A DNA stretch of 64,000 nt from Bacteroidales bacterium (lineage in GTDB: Bacteria > Bacteroidota > Bacteroidia > Bacteroidales > WCHB1-69), in contig JAKSMC010000001.1 of NCBI GenBank assembly GCA_024400835.1, forward strand, positions 16,335 to 80,334, written 5' to 3'. The notes beneath the pieces are model-generated. The model did no database searches, was not told the DNA's origin, and was given only the letters and a program-made list of their open reading frames with translations. How positions within the stretch are numbered: position 1 is the first letter of the stretch; the number at the start of each line of letters is the position of its first letter. Shown here in pieces: positions 9,761 to 19,007 of this stretch. A program made the translations under genes and the position numbers.

Positions 9761-9788
9761 TTTAATGTTAAAACGCATCAGGGTATGA

Positions 9789-9947
9789 TTATTTTCTACC
9801 CAGGCTTTCGTCAGAAACGGTTAATTTCTTTCTACCTTTTGCTCTACGTGCAGCCAATACGCGGCGGCCGTTAGCGGTAGACATTCTTTCTCTGAAACCG
9901 TGTTTGTTTCTGCGTCTTTCATTTGAAGGTTGATATGTTCTTTTCAT
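9789..9947 (-). CDS. rpmH: 50S ribosomal protein L34
   Basis: Hand translation gives [52 protein letters not shown] (52 aa). This is below the ORF-track length cutoff. Confidence 0.95.
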   Translation of the reverse strand: MKRTYQPSNERRRNKHGFRERMSTANGRRVLAARRAKGRKKLTVSDESLGRK

Positions 9948-9986
9948 CTCTGTATGTGTTTAATTTTCTATACTTTTTTGAGGGCG

Positions 9987-9994
9987 CAAAAGTA
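9987..9994 (-). promoter_or_regulatory. -7 promoter box TACTTTTG for rpmH
   Basis: Matches TAnnTTTG 40 nt upstream of the rpmH ATG. It is part of a 19-nt motif shared with two other promoters. Confidence 0.5.
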
Positions 9995-10129
9995 CACTTT
10001 TTTTATTATCCTCGGCACATTATTTTAAAAAAATTACCAACACCGAAAAAAGCCTTTTCAAAACAGCCGAGCTAAACAAATTTTTCTTATTATTGCTTTC
10101 CTTTTTAAGAAGAATAAAAATTGCTTAAT

Positions 10130-12586
10130 ATGAATAAAACATTTACACTTCTTTTGATTTCTATTTTGCTTGTTATCAGCAAAGTATCATTTTCCCAGAC
10201 GGAAAATCCCTATGCCGACTTCAACCCCGCATCTTTGAAGGAAAACACAAAGTATGTTAAGAATTTTGCTCCGAACACATACGATGAAAAGATTCTTTAC
10301 AACTGCATGACGGACATGTTGAACATGGCACGTGCACAATACAGATTCACAAGTGCCCTCAAACATGATGTCAGAATTGATTCAACCGCGCAATTCCAAG
10401 CAAACTATCAAGCCGACAAAGATGAGAAGACTTTGGACAATGTGGCTCCCTACCACTCTGTTTATTACAGACTGCGCAAGTACGGTCTGGCCGGCAACGG
10501 TGACGAAGTGGTGACCAAGGTGAAAGCCTATCTGGGCGAAGCCGAATACTCCTACTACGACCTCAGCCTCGCTGCCGTCCAATCCATCCTCAAAAACGTC
10601 AAAACCGCTGACATCCTGCTCGACAAGCAATACACCTTCGTCGGCATCGGCTTCAACACCGACAAAATGATGAAGAGCATGTACATCTCCTTCGTGCTCG
10701 GCAACGACAGGACTTTCAACGATTACAAGCCCGGCTATTCCGTCAAGGATGTGCCTTACACCAAAGGCCAGGCAGGCTTTAAGAATTACGATGACAAGAT
10801 TTGCAAAAAATGCGCTGCAGAACCCGGACTCGAAGTTCTCTCCGACTACTTCTCCGTCAACAAGAACAGCGAAATCTACATCAACTGCGACGATTTCAAA
10901 GGCCTGAAGAAACTCATCGGCAAAGAGGGTGACGCCATCGCTTTGGATTTCGTACAACACGACCAATACGAATGCGACAACTTCACGATAGACTACGACC
11001 TTTCCCACCGCGGATTCGTGACAAAGCCCATCACTTATGAAAAAATGATGGAACTCAACGAAAACACGAACCTCAAATCCGGCAAGCTCACCGCCAAGAT
11101 CGGCATGCTGCCAGACGGTATTTCCAGCAACAGTGACTACGACATCCACATCCTCGTGCTGAAAGAAGGCAACCGCATCTGCCGCACCATCATATCCAAG
11201 AGCATTGAAACTAAAAACGCCACTTACGACGAGAAAGTCAACTTCATTAAAGACCAAACCAGCCTCAAGGCCAAAGGCGAATGGGTTGCCGCTCCCGAAG
11301 ATGGCGAATTCAGCGTTTCCTTCCCCTACAACTTGAAAAAGACAGACTACACCTGCGCCGCTTTCGACTCCACATTGAAAAACGCCGACGTTCCAGAATA
11401 CAAACTGAACAGCATCGAAATCATCGCACACAACTCCCCGAACTACTACAAAGATGCCAACTACCAGAAAATCCAGCAGAAACGTGCTGATTTCCTGAAG
11501 AAAGACATCCTCGCCAAAAACCCGGGTGCCGAAGTCACAATTTCCTACGACTACTGTTGGGAAGATTTCAAAAAGAAAATCGTTGACAACGGCAGTTATT
11601 ACGATTTGAGCTTCCTCACGTTGGACGAATGCGCCAGACAACTGAAATCCGACCCCTGGGCCGTCAAAGAGCTCGACAGCGGATTCCTGGCTCCCTACCG
11701 CTACTATGAAATCAAATACCACGTCACCTACCTGACCAACGACAAGGTGCAAGAAGAGAACTTCGCCGTTTGGAAATTCAACCAGGCACTTAGCAGCAAA
11801 AACAGAGCATTGGCCATGGCTATCGAGAACTACATGATCGAACAAGTTGAAAACGGAAACTACACCGCTTCACCGCTGAAAGACATGTCCATTCCCAAAA
11901 ACAAGGACAACCAGGCGCTGCTCAACAACAAACTCTATATGCAATACTATCTGGCACCGAAATTGACAGAAAGCATTGCCAACGAAATGGACAAAATCTT
12001 CAACCTCAACACGGCAAACGTCCAGTTACTGTTCAACACCACAGTCTGTGACGTACTTCAAAGAGAAATCACCTCTCTAGCCGACATCACCAAGACACAG
12101 GCCAACATTGACAAACTATACACCATTCCCGGCATTCCCAAAGACCGCGTCAACGCATTGAATATGGAATACCAACTCAAGATTGTCAACTACCTTGAAA
12201 CCGTTCCTGCAAACACTGAGACAGCTGCTCTTTCCGTAGCAACGTTTGCTAAAATCAAGGAAATCAGAAATCCCAAGATGGACAGCTGGCAGAATGCCTA
12301 CAAACTGGCCTCCTATTTCGTAAAGAAATACGATTATTCATACGCGCTCTCTCTGATGGATCCGTTCTTGGATGATCCGACTATCTCCGACGACTTCATC
12401 ATGTCTTATATTTCTATTGCAGCACACCGCGAGCAGACCTACCTGAGTTCCCTTTTCACCAAAGCCGTGAAATTAGCTTCCGAGAAGGACCCCGCACGTC
12501 TCTGCGGTCTTTTCGACAAACTCCCCTACTCCGTTTTAGAGAACGAAGAAGTCAAGGCTCTGGTCTGCAAAGCCTGCAACAGATAA
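10130..12586 (+). CDS. Large secreted protein of unknown function
   Basis: Signal peptide MNKTFTLLLISILLVISKVSFSQ. The N-terminal ~190 aa loosely resemble a CAP/SCP-type fold pattern (weak, judged by eye). I recognise no motif in the rest. Confidence 0.7.
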   Translation: MNKTFTLLLISILLVISKVSFSQTENPYADFNPASLKENTKYVKNFAPNTYDEKILYNCMTDMLNMARAQYRFTSALKHDVRIDSTAQFQANYQADKDEKTLDNVAPYHSVYYRLRKYGLAGNGDEVVTKVKAYLGEAEYSYYDLSLAAVQSILKNVKTADILLDKQYTFVGIGFNTDKMMKSMYISFVLGNDRTFNDYKPGYSVKDVPYTKGQAGFKNYDDKICKKCAAEPGLEVLSDYFSVNKNSEIYINCDDFKGLKKLIGKEGDAIALDFVQHDQYECDNFTIDYDLSHRGFVTKPITYEKMMELNENTNLKSGKLTAKIGMLPDGISSNSDYDIHILVLKEGNRICRTIISKSIETKNATYDEKVNFIKDQTSLKAKGEWVAAPEDGEFSVSFPYNLKKTDYTCAAFDSTLKNADVPEYKLNSIEIIAHNSPNYYKDANYQKIQQKRADFLKKDILAKNPGAEVTISYDYCWEDFKKKIVDNGSYYDLSFLTLDECARQLKSDPWAVKELDSGFLAPYRYYEIKYHVTYLTNDKVQEENFAVWKFNQALSSKNRALAMAIENYMIEQVENGNYTASPLKDMSIPKNKDNQALLNNKLYMQYYLAPKLTESIANEMDKIFNLNTANVQLLFNTTVCDVLQREITSLADITKTQANIDKLYTIPGIPKDRVNALNMEYQLKIVNYLETVPANTETAALSVATFAKIKEIRNPKMDSWQNAYKLASYFVKKYDYSYALSLMDPFLDDPTISDDFIMSYISIAAHREQTYLSSLFTKAVKLASEKDPARLCGLFDKLPYSVLENEEVKALVCKACNR

Positions 12587-12694
12587 TTAACAGCAAACAC
12601 AGTAAAGCGACAGCCGACACATCGAGTTTTTTGGTGTGCATAACTATAATTATAACAAGAAGAGCAGTCCTACGAGGACAAGCGCCCGCCAACA

Positions 12695-13747
12695 ATGGAA
12701 GACATCAAGCTAACAGAAGAAATTGAAGAGTCCGCGAACAAGGACGAACTATACGAACACTTTCGATTTGTGGTAGACCCCGGCACCGAACTGCTGCGTA
12801 TCGACAAATACCTATTCAACCTCATCCGACACACATCGCGGAACAAGATCCAGCAGGCCGCCAAAGCCGGCTGTATCTTAGTGAACGGGAAGGCTGAGAA
12901 GCAAAACTACAAAGTACACCCCAACGATGTCATTTCGGTGTTGATGCCCAATCCGCCGCGCGACACAGAAATCCTGCCCGAGAACATCCCGCTCAACATC
13001 GAGTACGAAGATGACGACTTCATGATTATCAACAAGGAGCCGGGCATGGTGGTTCATCCCGCTTTCGGCAACTTCACCGGCACGATGGTGAATGCACTGT
13101 ATTACTATCTCAAAGACCAGAAGCTGCCCGACGGCTCTCCCATGAAACCCCTGTTGGTGCACCGTATTGACAAGAACACCTCCGGTCTCATCGCCGTGAC
13201 GAAGAACGAACTCGCCCAGATGCGACTGGCAAAAGTCTTCTTCGACCACGACTTGGAGCGCAAATACTGGGCACTCGCCTGGGGCGACTTCGAAGAGGAC
13301 GAAGGCACGATTGTCGGCAATGTGGGCCGCAACCCCAAAGACCGCATGGTGATGGCCGTCTTTCCCGAAGGCAGCGACCAAGGCAAGCACGCCGTCACCC
13401 ATTGGAAAGTGATTGAACGCTTCGGGTACGTCACCCTTGTGGAATGCCAGCTGGAAACCGGACGCACGCACCAAATCCGCGTACACATGCAGTCTATCGG
13501 ACATCCGTTGTTCAACGACGAATCCTACGGAGGCAACAGGATATTAAAAGGGACGACATTCAGCAAATACCAACAGTTCATCCGCAACTGCTTCGCGCTG
13601 ATGCCCCGCCAGGCGCTTCACGCCAAGTCCATCGGCTTCGCGCACCCGACAACCGGCAATTTCGTGAAATTCGAGTCCGAACTGCCTGCAGACTTCCAAG
13701 CCGTCATCGACAAATGGCGCAGCTACGTTCAATCCAACAAAGAATAA
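12695..13747 (+). CDS. rluD: RluA/RluD-family 23S rRNA pseudouridine synthase with an N-terminal S4 domain
   Basis: Motifs HRIDKNTSGLI and GRTHQIRVHM. Confidence 0.9.
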   Translation: MEDIKLTEEIEESANKDELYEHFRFVVDPGTELLRIDKYLFNLIRHTSRNKIQQAAKAGCILVNGKAEKQNYKVHPNDVISVLMPNPPRDTEILPENIPLNIEYEDDDFMIINKEPGMVVHPAFGNFTGTMVNALYYYLKDQKLPDGSPMKPLLVHRIDKNTSGLIAVTKNELAQMRLAKVFFDHDLERKYWALAWGDFEEDEGTIVGNVGRNPKDRMVMAVFPEGSDQGKHAVTHWKVIERFGYVTLVECQLETGRTHQIRVHMQSIGHPLFNDESYGGNRILKGTTFSKYQQFIRNCFALMPRQALHAKSIGFAHPTTGNFVKFESELPADFQAVIDKWRSYVQSNKE

Positions 13748-13756
13748 TACTACTGA

Positions 13757-14380
13757 TTACAGATAACAGCGCGTACCGTTTCGGCGATACGCGCAATTTT
13801 CGCGTGCCGCACATTGAGCACAATTTTTGGTACTCTTCCCACCCAAGCGCACAACACCTAACATCGACTTCATCGGCACCATCAGATTGGAATCCAGAAA
13901 AGTGATGCCAATCTGCTCGACATTTAGCTGTTCGGCAATGGCGCGATTATCCTGCAAAGAGGTTCCGCCATAACCAGGGCAGAAGCGAAAACCCAGATTT
14001 TCGAAAGGAAGGCTGGATTCAAACTCATCGGCACAGTACTCCAAATAGGCGGAAGCCGCGGCATCAACGATTAAGGAATACGACATATCTATCAGCTGCA
14101 GCCGACGAATTCGGCGGTCCACTTGGACGCCCAGCGTGGTAGCGCACAGCAAATAGCCCTCCGCACCAGCCATATAATTTTGATAAGCCGGCGAGTTCAT
14201 AAAATCCATCGGCTCGACGTGCTGGTCATAAATATATTTGAATGTGGACAGCTCTTGCACCTCCGCTATGGCGCGTTCCACCTGCTGACGCACCGCCTCG
14301 CTGACGACAGCATCGGGTGAGTAGCGCAAATAGCGAAGCACCGCAGCAAACAAATCTTTATTTGAGAATCCGGTCTTCAT
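13757..14380 (-). CDS. Stand-alone methionine synthase reactivation (AdoMet-binding) domain protein
   Basis: RFCPGYGG and ITFLDSNLMVPMKSMLGVV resemble the MetH C-terminal activation domain. The start is taken at MKTGFSNK (14380). The longer ORF-track start would run deep into ruvC. Confidence 0.7.
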   Translation of the reverse strand: MKTGFSNKDLFAAVLRYLRYSPDAVVSEAVRQQVERAIAEVQELSTFKYIYDQHVEPMDFMNSPAYQNYMAGAEGYLLCATTLGVQVDRRIRRLQLIDMSYSLIVDAAASAYLEYCADEFESSLPFENLGFRFCPGYGGTSLQDNRAIAEQLNVEQIGITFLDSNLMVPMKSMLGVVRLGGKSTKNCAQCAARENCAYRRNGTRCYL

Positions 14381-14924
14381 TGTTGGCGATAAAGGACTTC
14401 CAATTGTTGAACTTATTGCCGCCGCCCACCACCACGCGTGCCTGCAGATGATGGCAGACAGCCGCGGCCAAAGCATCCGTGGCATCCAAATACTCAATAT
14501 CGTCTTTCAACGGATACATGTGGCACAACATCGCAGCCACCTGTTCTTTGGCAGCGTTTCCATTGCCGGTGATGGACTGTTTGATTTTCCTCGGTTCATA
14601 CTCGAAGACCTCCATACCGGCATGCATACATGTGGCAATGACCACGCCCTGCGCCCGGCCAAGCTTGAGCATGGACTGCACATTCTTTCCGTAAAACGGC
14701 GCCTCAATGGCCAGTATGTCAGGATGGTATTCCTCAATCAACGCATTTATCTTCTCATAGATGAATTTCAACTTGGCATAATGGTCCGGAATCTTCTTCA
14801 TCTGAATCACACTGATGAGCTCAACCTCAGACTTGTTGAGATTGGTGTTCAAAAGGGCATAGCCCATCACATTGGTGCCGGGGTCAACACCGAGAATCTT
14901 ATGCGATGTTTTGACTTCTTCCAT
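14358..14924 (-). CDS. ruvC: Holliday junction resolvase RuvC
   Basis: ILGVDPGTNVMGYALL at the N-terminus, and length and pattern typical of RuvC. Confidence 0.9.
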   Translation of the reverse strand: MEEVKTSHKILGVDPGTNVMGYALLNTNLNKSEVELISVIQMKKIPDHYAKLKFIYEKINALIEEYHPDILAIEAPFYGKNVQSMLKLGRAQGVVIATCMHAGMEVFEYEPRKIKQSITGNGNAAKEQVAAMLCHMYPLKDDIEYLDATDALAAAVCHHLQARVVVGGGNKFNNWKSFIANNEDRILK

Positions 14925-15349
14925 TATTTTTCAAAAAAAAGAGACCTCATTTTGTAATCAATCACGGCATTGTGTTCAACTAAGAAATCATTGCCGAGGA
15001 TCATTTGGATTGGCTGCTTGTGCAAACGGCAGTAGGCTTGGTTGATATAGGAAAAATCAATTAGAGCCATATTATCGTAGGCCGACTGCTTGAAATGGCC
15101 GATTTTAAAGTCAGGGATATTGGCAATGCGGACCTCGAAATCGTCACCGCCGATGCCAGCCGTTACGCCGTCATGCTCTTCGGTATGCAATTCCGGCAGC
15201 AAAGACTTAGCGAAAGCCGCATCCATGCAACTATGTGACGCACCAGTATCCAAAACGACTCTAATGGGCTGTCCCATAACGGAAGCCTTGATTAGCGTAT
15301 GAAAATCCCCATCTTCAAGTTGGACGATATTGAGTTTTGTTTTATACAT
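14924..15349 (-). CDS. Retropepsin-like (clan AA) aspartic peptidase domain protein
   Basis: VLDTGASHS active-site motif. Its stop overlaps the ruvC ATG (TAATG). Confidence 0.7.
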   Translation of the reverse strand: MYKTKLNIVQLEDGDFHTLIKASVMGQPIRVVLDTGASHSCMDAAFAKSLLPELHTEEHDGVTAGIGGDDFEVRIANIPDFKIGHFKQSAYDNMALIDFSYINQAYCRLHKQPIQMILGNDFLVEHNAVIDYKMRSLFFEK

Positions 15350-15420
15350 TTAGGAAAATATAGACTACAAGCACGACGCAGGCACGCGTCCTGCAATCTT
15401 TTCAATCATAAAAAATTATT

Positions 15421-16332
15421 TCACAGCCAATGCTTTTTGATAAAGAACAGCACCAGGACAATTAAGATGATGGCGCAGAAGCCCACCACAATCAAAAAGG
15501 CATAGGGAGAACTCGAGAAGGGCAAAGCCACGTTCATACCATACAGACCGCTGATGAAGGTCAACGGCAGTACAATGGTGGAGATAATGGTGAGCATTCG
15601 CATAATCTCGTTGGTTTTGTTCGTCTGCAATGAATCGAACGTGCTGGAAAGCCCGTCAACCAACTCGCCGTAGTCGTCAATCATATCCCACATCTTCTGA
15701 TAGAAGTCGAGGATATTGCCCCAGTATTCTTCCATATCGTCAGCGAAGCCCTTCACATCGCCGGATTCGAACAGTTTGAAAAGGCGCAACTGCGGTTTGA
15801 ACATAGTATTCAACTGAATGATGTTCTTACGGAAACGCGAAATCTGCTCAATGATTTTTTCAGACTTGCTGCTGAAAAGTTCTCGATTGATAAAGTCCAA
15901 TTCCGTGCCCATGCGTTCCACGAGCAGGAAAGTCTCCTTCATCATTCTATATAATATATGGTATAAGATAGCGTCGCTGGTACCGCTGATGTCGTCTTCG
16001 TCTTCAGGTTCCGGATGGATTTTAGTATAATTGAACAAATCCTGCACCACATAATGGGAATTGCCCACCGTGATGAGGTAATCCTGGCCCCAGAAAATCT
16101 TGGTTTCTTCAGTTTTCACCAATTGCGTACGCTTGTCCAGCAAAGGGAAATGCAGGACTAAGAAGAAATAGTCGTCGTAAATATCTATTTTGGGACGTTG
16201 AACGAAACTGGAACAGTCATCTATATCCAAAGGGTGGAAATGGAAGTTATCCCTTAAAAAGTCAAGGTCTTCGACTGTCGGATTTGTAATATGATTCCAT
16301 TTAAAGGTACCAAAATCGATGGTATCTACCAT
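15421..16332 (-). CDS. corA: CorA-family magnesium/cobalt transporter
   Basis: YGMNV (GMN) motif followed by the last TM segment. Confidence 0.85.
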   Translation of the reverse strand: MVDTIDFGTFKWNHITNPTVEDLDFLRDNFHFHPLDIDDCSSFVQRPKIDIYDDYFFLVLHFPLLDKRTQLVKTEETKIFWGQDYLITVGNSHYVVQDLFNYTKIHPEPEDEDDISGTSDAILYHILYRMMKETFLLVERMGTELDFINRELFSSKSEKIIEQISRFRKNIIQLNTMFKPQLRLFKLFESGDVKGFADDMEEYWGNILDFYQKMWDMIDDYGELVDGLSSTFDSLQTNKTNEIMRMLTIISTIVLPLTFISGLYGMNVALPFSSSPYAFLIVVGFCAIILIVLVLFFIKKHWL

Positions 16333-16404
16333 AAATAACCTCCTTTCTCTTTAGGATTAGAAACTGAAAATGACTACATCTTGGTGCTTAATTTTTTGAG
16401 GGCG

Positions 16405-16412
16405 CAAAAATA
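16405..16412 (-). promoter_or_regulatory. -7 promoter box TATTTTTG for corA
   Basis: Matches TAnnTTTG and lies inside the shared 19-nt motif. Confidence 0.45.
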
Positions 16413-16456
16413 CAAAAAAGTTATATGCGCAAATATGGATTTTTTTTGATTTGCGA

Positions 16457-17257
16457 TTAGTGATCTGAGGTCTGCGGCAGGGATGTTCCTCCGCAGTCTT
16501 TAATAATGTGATAAATGGCCTCCATTTTGTCGTCCTCGGGGAGTGCGACATCAATCCAGTGGATATCCATTCCGAGGCGTTCCATACGGCGGAACCACGT
16601 CATCTGGCGTTTGGAGAACTGATGGATGGCCACATTCAGTTTCTCAAACATCTCTTCATAATCAATCTCACCCAACAGATACAACGTCACGAACTTGTAT
16701 TCGAGGCCATAGCGGAGCAGGATTTCCGAGGGAACGCCGGAATCCAACAGTCCGCGGATTTCATCTACCATGCCCTCTTCCAATCTGGCTTTCAGTCGGG
16801 ATGTAATGCGGGAGCGGATAAGGTCGCGTTCGCCGCGGAGACCGATTAAGACAGACGGCACAGGGTCAGACAGAATCTGTCCGTCATCCTGAAAACTGAA
16901 GCGGTAGCCTTGAATGACGGCTTCGATATACAGGCCGCTACCGCCACAGAGGACGATCTGCCTGCCGCGGGACTGGATGTCACGCATCGCTTTGAAAGCC
17001 TCCTGCTGATAGCGGAACACATTGTATTTCACACCGGGTTCCTCAATATCGATGAGATGATAGGGAATATCTTGCCCGTTGTAGCGATATTCGGAGATAT
17101 CCTTACCCGTGCCGATATCCATTCTGCGGTAGATCTGGCGTGAATCAGCGCTGACGATTTCGCCACCGAGTTCAGCCGCCAAGCGCACCGCAATGTGCGT
17201 TTTCCCCGTTGCCGTCGGGCCCAAGACTGTAATGATAGGATGTTCGTCAGTAATCAT
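16457..17257 (-). CDS. miaA: tRNA dimethylallyltransferase
   Basis: GPTATGKT P-loop and SADSRQIYRRMDIGTGK. Confidence 0.9.
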   Translation of the reverse strand: MITDEHPIITVLGPTATGKTHIAVRLAAELGGEIVSADSRQIYRRMDIGTGKDISEYRYNGQDIPYHLIDIEEPGVKYNVFRYQQEAFKAMRDIQSRGRQIVLCGGSGLYIEAVIQGYRFSFQDDGQILSDPVPSVLIGLRGERDLIRSRITSRLKARLEEGMVDEIRGLLDSGVPSEILLRYGLEYKFVTLYLLGEIDYEEMFEKLNVAIHQFSKRQMTWFRRMERLGMDIHWIDVALPEDDKMEAIYHIIKDCGGTSLPQTSDH

Positions 17258-17763
17258 GGAATCGGTTGTAGTTTGGGTTCGTCGTAAATTTCCAAATCAG
17301 AGATATTGTCCCCGTCAATCTTCAGTCGCATCATCGTCAAACGGGTATGGAAGCCGTAACGTCCGGCGGCGCCGGGATTGATGAACATCAGATTGTTCTT
17401 CTTATCATACATAACCTTCAAGATATGGGAATGGCCGGCAACCAGCAGTGTCGGTTTTTCCTCCTGAATCAATTGCAAGCCTTCGGGGAAATACTTGCCC
17501 GGATATCCCACAATGTGCTTTATGGCCACCTTGTGGTTTTCGCATTGGAAAACCTGCGTCTCAGGAATTTCACGGCGGATATCCCAATCGTCGCAGTTGC
17601 CATAGACAGCGCGCACCACGGGGGCAATCGCCTGCAGTTCGTCCAAGATAAAGTCATCGACAATATCGCCTGCGTGCCATATCTCATCACACTCCTTGAA
17701 AAACTCAAAGGCATTGGGATGAAGGTAGCCGTGGGTATCGGAAAGTATGCCTATTTTCTTCAT
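17254..17763 (-). CDS. YfcE/MJ0936-family metallophosphoesterase
   Basis: Motifs ILSDTHG, GDIVD, GNCD and GHSH. It overlaps both neighbours by 4 nt. Confidence 0.8.
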   Translation of the reverse strand: MKKIGILSDTHGYLHPNAFEFFKECDEIWHAGDIVDDFILDELQAIAPVVRAVYGNCDDWDIRREIPETQVFQCENHKVAIKHIVGYPGKYFPEGLQLIQEEKPTLLVAGHSHILKVMYDKKNNLMFINPGAAGRYGFHTRLTMMRLKIDGDNISDLEIYDEPKLQPIP

Positions 17764-18530
17764 TCCTTCACCGGATTACGTTGTTTGACCACTTCGAACA
17801 GTGTGATTCCCGTAGCCACGGAGACATTCAGTGAGCGCACCGTGCCCACCATCGGAATGGTTACCGTGTCATTACAATGGCGCAGATAATCCCACGCAAT
17901 GCCCTCATACTCATTGCCCATAATCAGGCAGAGCGGACCGGTGAAATCTTTGTTGTAAAGCGCGTGGTTGGCCTTTTCGGTCACGCCCACCACCTCAATG
18001 CCGGAATCTTTGAGATACTGGATAACCTCCACGAGATTGGAGTGGCGACAGACTGGGATCTTGTTGAGTGCCCCTGCGGAGCTCTTCACAGCATCCTCGT
18101 TAAGTTGCGCGCCGCCATTCAGCGGAATGATGATTGCGTCAACGCCGGCGCATTCAGCCGAGCGGGCAATCGCGCCCACGTTGCGCACGTCCGTCACCTT
18201 GTCGAGCAGCAGTAGAAACGGAGTCCTACCCTCTTCGAAAATCGTCGGAACGATATCGTAAATGCTGCTGTACTCTATAGCCGACAGGAAGGCGACCACA
18301 CCCTGGTGGTTGTTGCGCGTCAGCCGGTTGAGTTTCTCGAGCGGCACATATTGGAACGGGATTTTATGCTGGCGAACTTCGTAAAAAAGCTGTTTGAAGA
18401 GTTCGCCCTGCAAACCTTTTTGGAAGAGCACCTTGTCAATGGTCTTGCCACTTTCGATGGCCTCGAAAATCGGGCGCATGCCGTAAATCAGGCTGGTGTC
18501 CTTTTCTTTATCGCGATTGTTTGGGAACAT
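17760..18530 (-). CDS. rlmB: 23S rRNA 2'-O-methyltransferase, SpoU/RlmB family
   Basis: N-terminal substrate-binding domain plus the SpoU C-terminal motifs (LIMGNEYEGI, IPMVGTVRSLNVS). The start is taken at MFPNN (18530). Confidence 0.85.
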   Translation of the reverse strand: MFPNNRDKEKDTSLIYGMRPIFEAIESGKTIDKVLFQKGLQGELFKQLFYEVRQHKIPFQYVPLEKLNRLTRNNHQGVVAFLSAIEYSSIYDIVPTIFEEGRTPFLLLLDKVTDVRNVGAIARSAECAGVDAIIIPLNGGAQLNEDAVKSSAGALNKIPVCRHSNLVEVIQYLKDSGIEVVGVTEKANHALYNKDFTGPLCLIMGNEYEGIAWDYLRHCNDTVTIPMVGTVRSLNVSVATGITLFEVVKQRNPVKE

Positions 18531-18590
18531 TATTTTCAAGTAATAATTAAGAGTTAAAAGATAAAAGAGCAAGTAGATGTAACGCCATTG

Positions 18591-18932
18591 CTATTTCTGT
18601 GGTTTGCGCACATAGTGCGGCATCTCCATCGGAATCTCCATAGACAATTCGATATATCCGGCAAATTCCCCGTTGTCGTACCAAGGCGACTGGTAAATCA
18701 GTTTCTTGATTCCGTTTTTCTCAATGGTATAGGCGTTGACGTTGTGGTTTTCCAACAAACCGAGCAACTTGGTGCGCGCTGGTTCCGGATGGCAGTCCAA
18801 GAGTGAATTGCCAATCAAGGGTTTTCCATCTTTGCAGAATGTTGCAACAGATTTGTCATTCATTTCCAATATCTTGCCATCTTTGTCACAAATGGTGACG
18901 GAGAACGGCGGTTCTTTAAAGTATTTAAGCAT
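18591..18932 (-). CDS. Small stand-alone PAS-domain protein
   Basis: A 113-aa protein with a PAS-like pattern (ICDKDGKILEMNDKS...NSLLDCHPEP...). The call is by eye only. Confidence 0.55.
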   Translation of the reverse strand: MLKYFKEPPFSVTICDKDGKILEMNDKSVATFCKDGKPLIGNSLLDCHPEPARTKLLGLLENHNVNAYTIEKNGIKKLIYQSPWYDNGEFAGYIELSMEIPMEMPHYVRKPQK

Positions 18933-18966
18933 AGTATCAATAATTTATCTTTTTCAAAAAACGGCG

Positions 18967-18974
18967 CAAACTTA
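18967..18974 (-). promoter_or_regulatory. -7 promoter box TAAGTTTG for the PAS gene
   Basis: Matches TAnnTTTG 35 nt upstream of the ATG at 18932. Confidence 0.4.
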
Positions 18975-19007
18975 CATAAAAAATCGGAATGAGGAGAGGC
19001 ATTCTTC

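Noticed and set aside
10382-11845. A 487-aa ORF antisense to the 818-aa secreted protein gene
   Set aside because: It is a shadow ORF. Its composition is V/F/G/E/D-rich and low in complexity, as is typical of the reverse frame of a codon-biased gene. It has no start context or promoter box.
15378-15394. A near-palindrome GCAGGCACGCGTCCTGC just downstream of corA
   Set aside because: No U-run follows it on the minus strand, so I do not call it an intrinsic terminator. Its function is undetermined.
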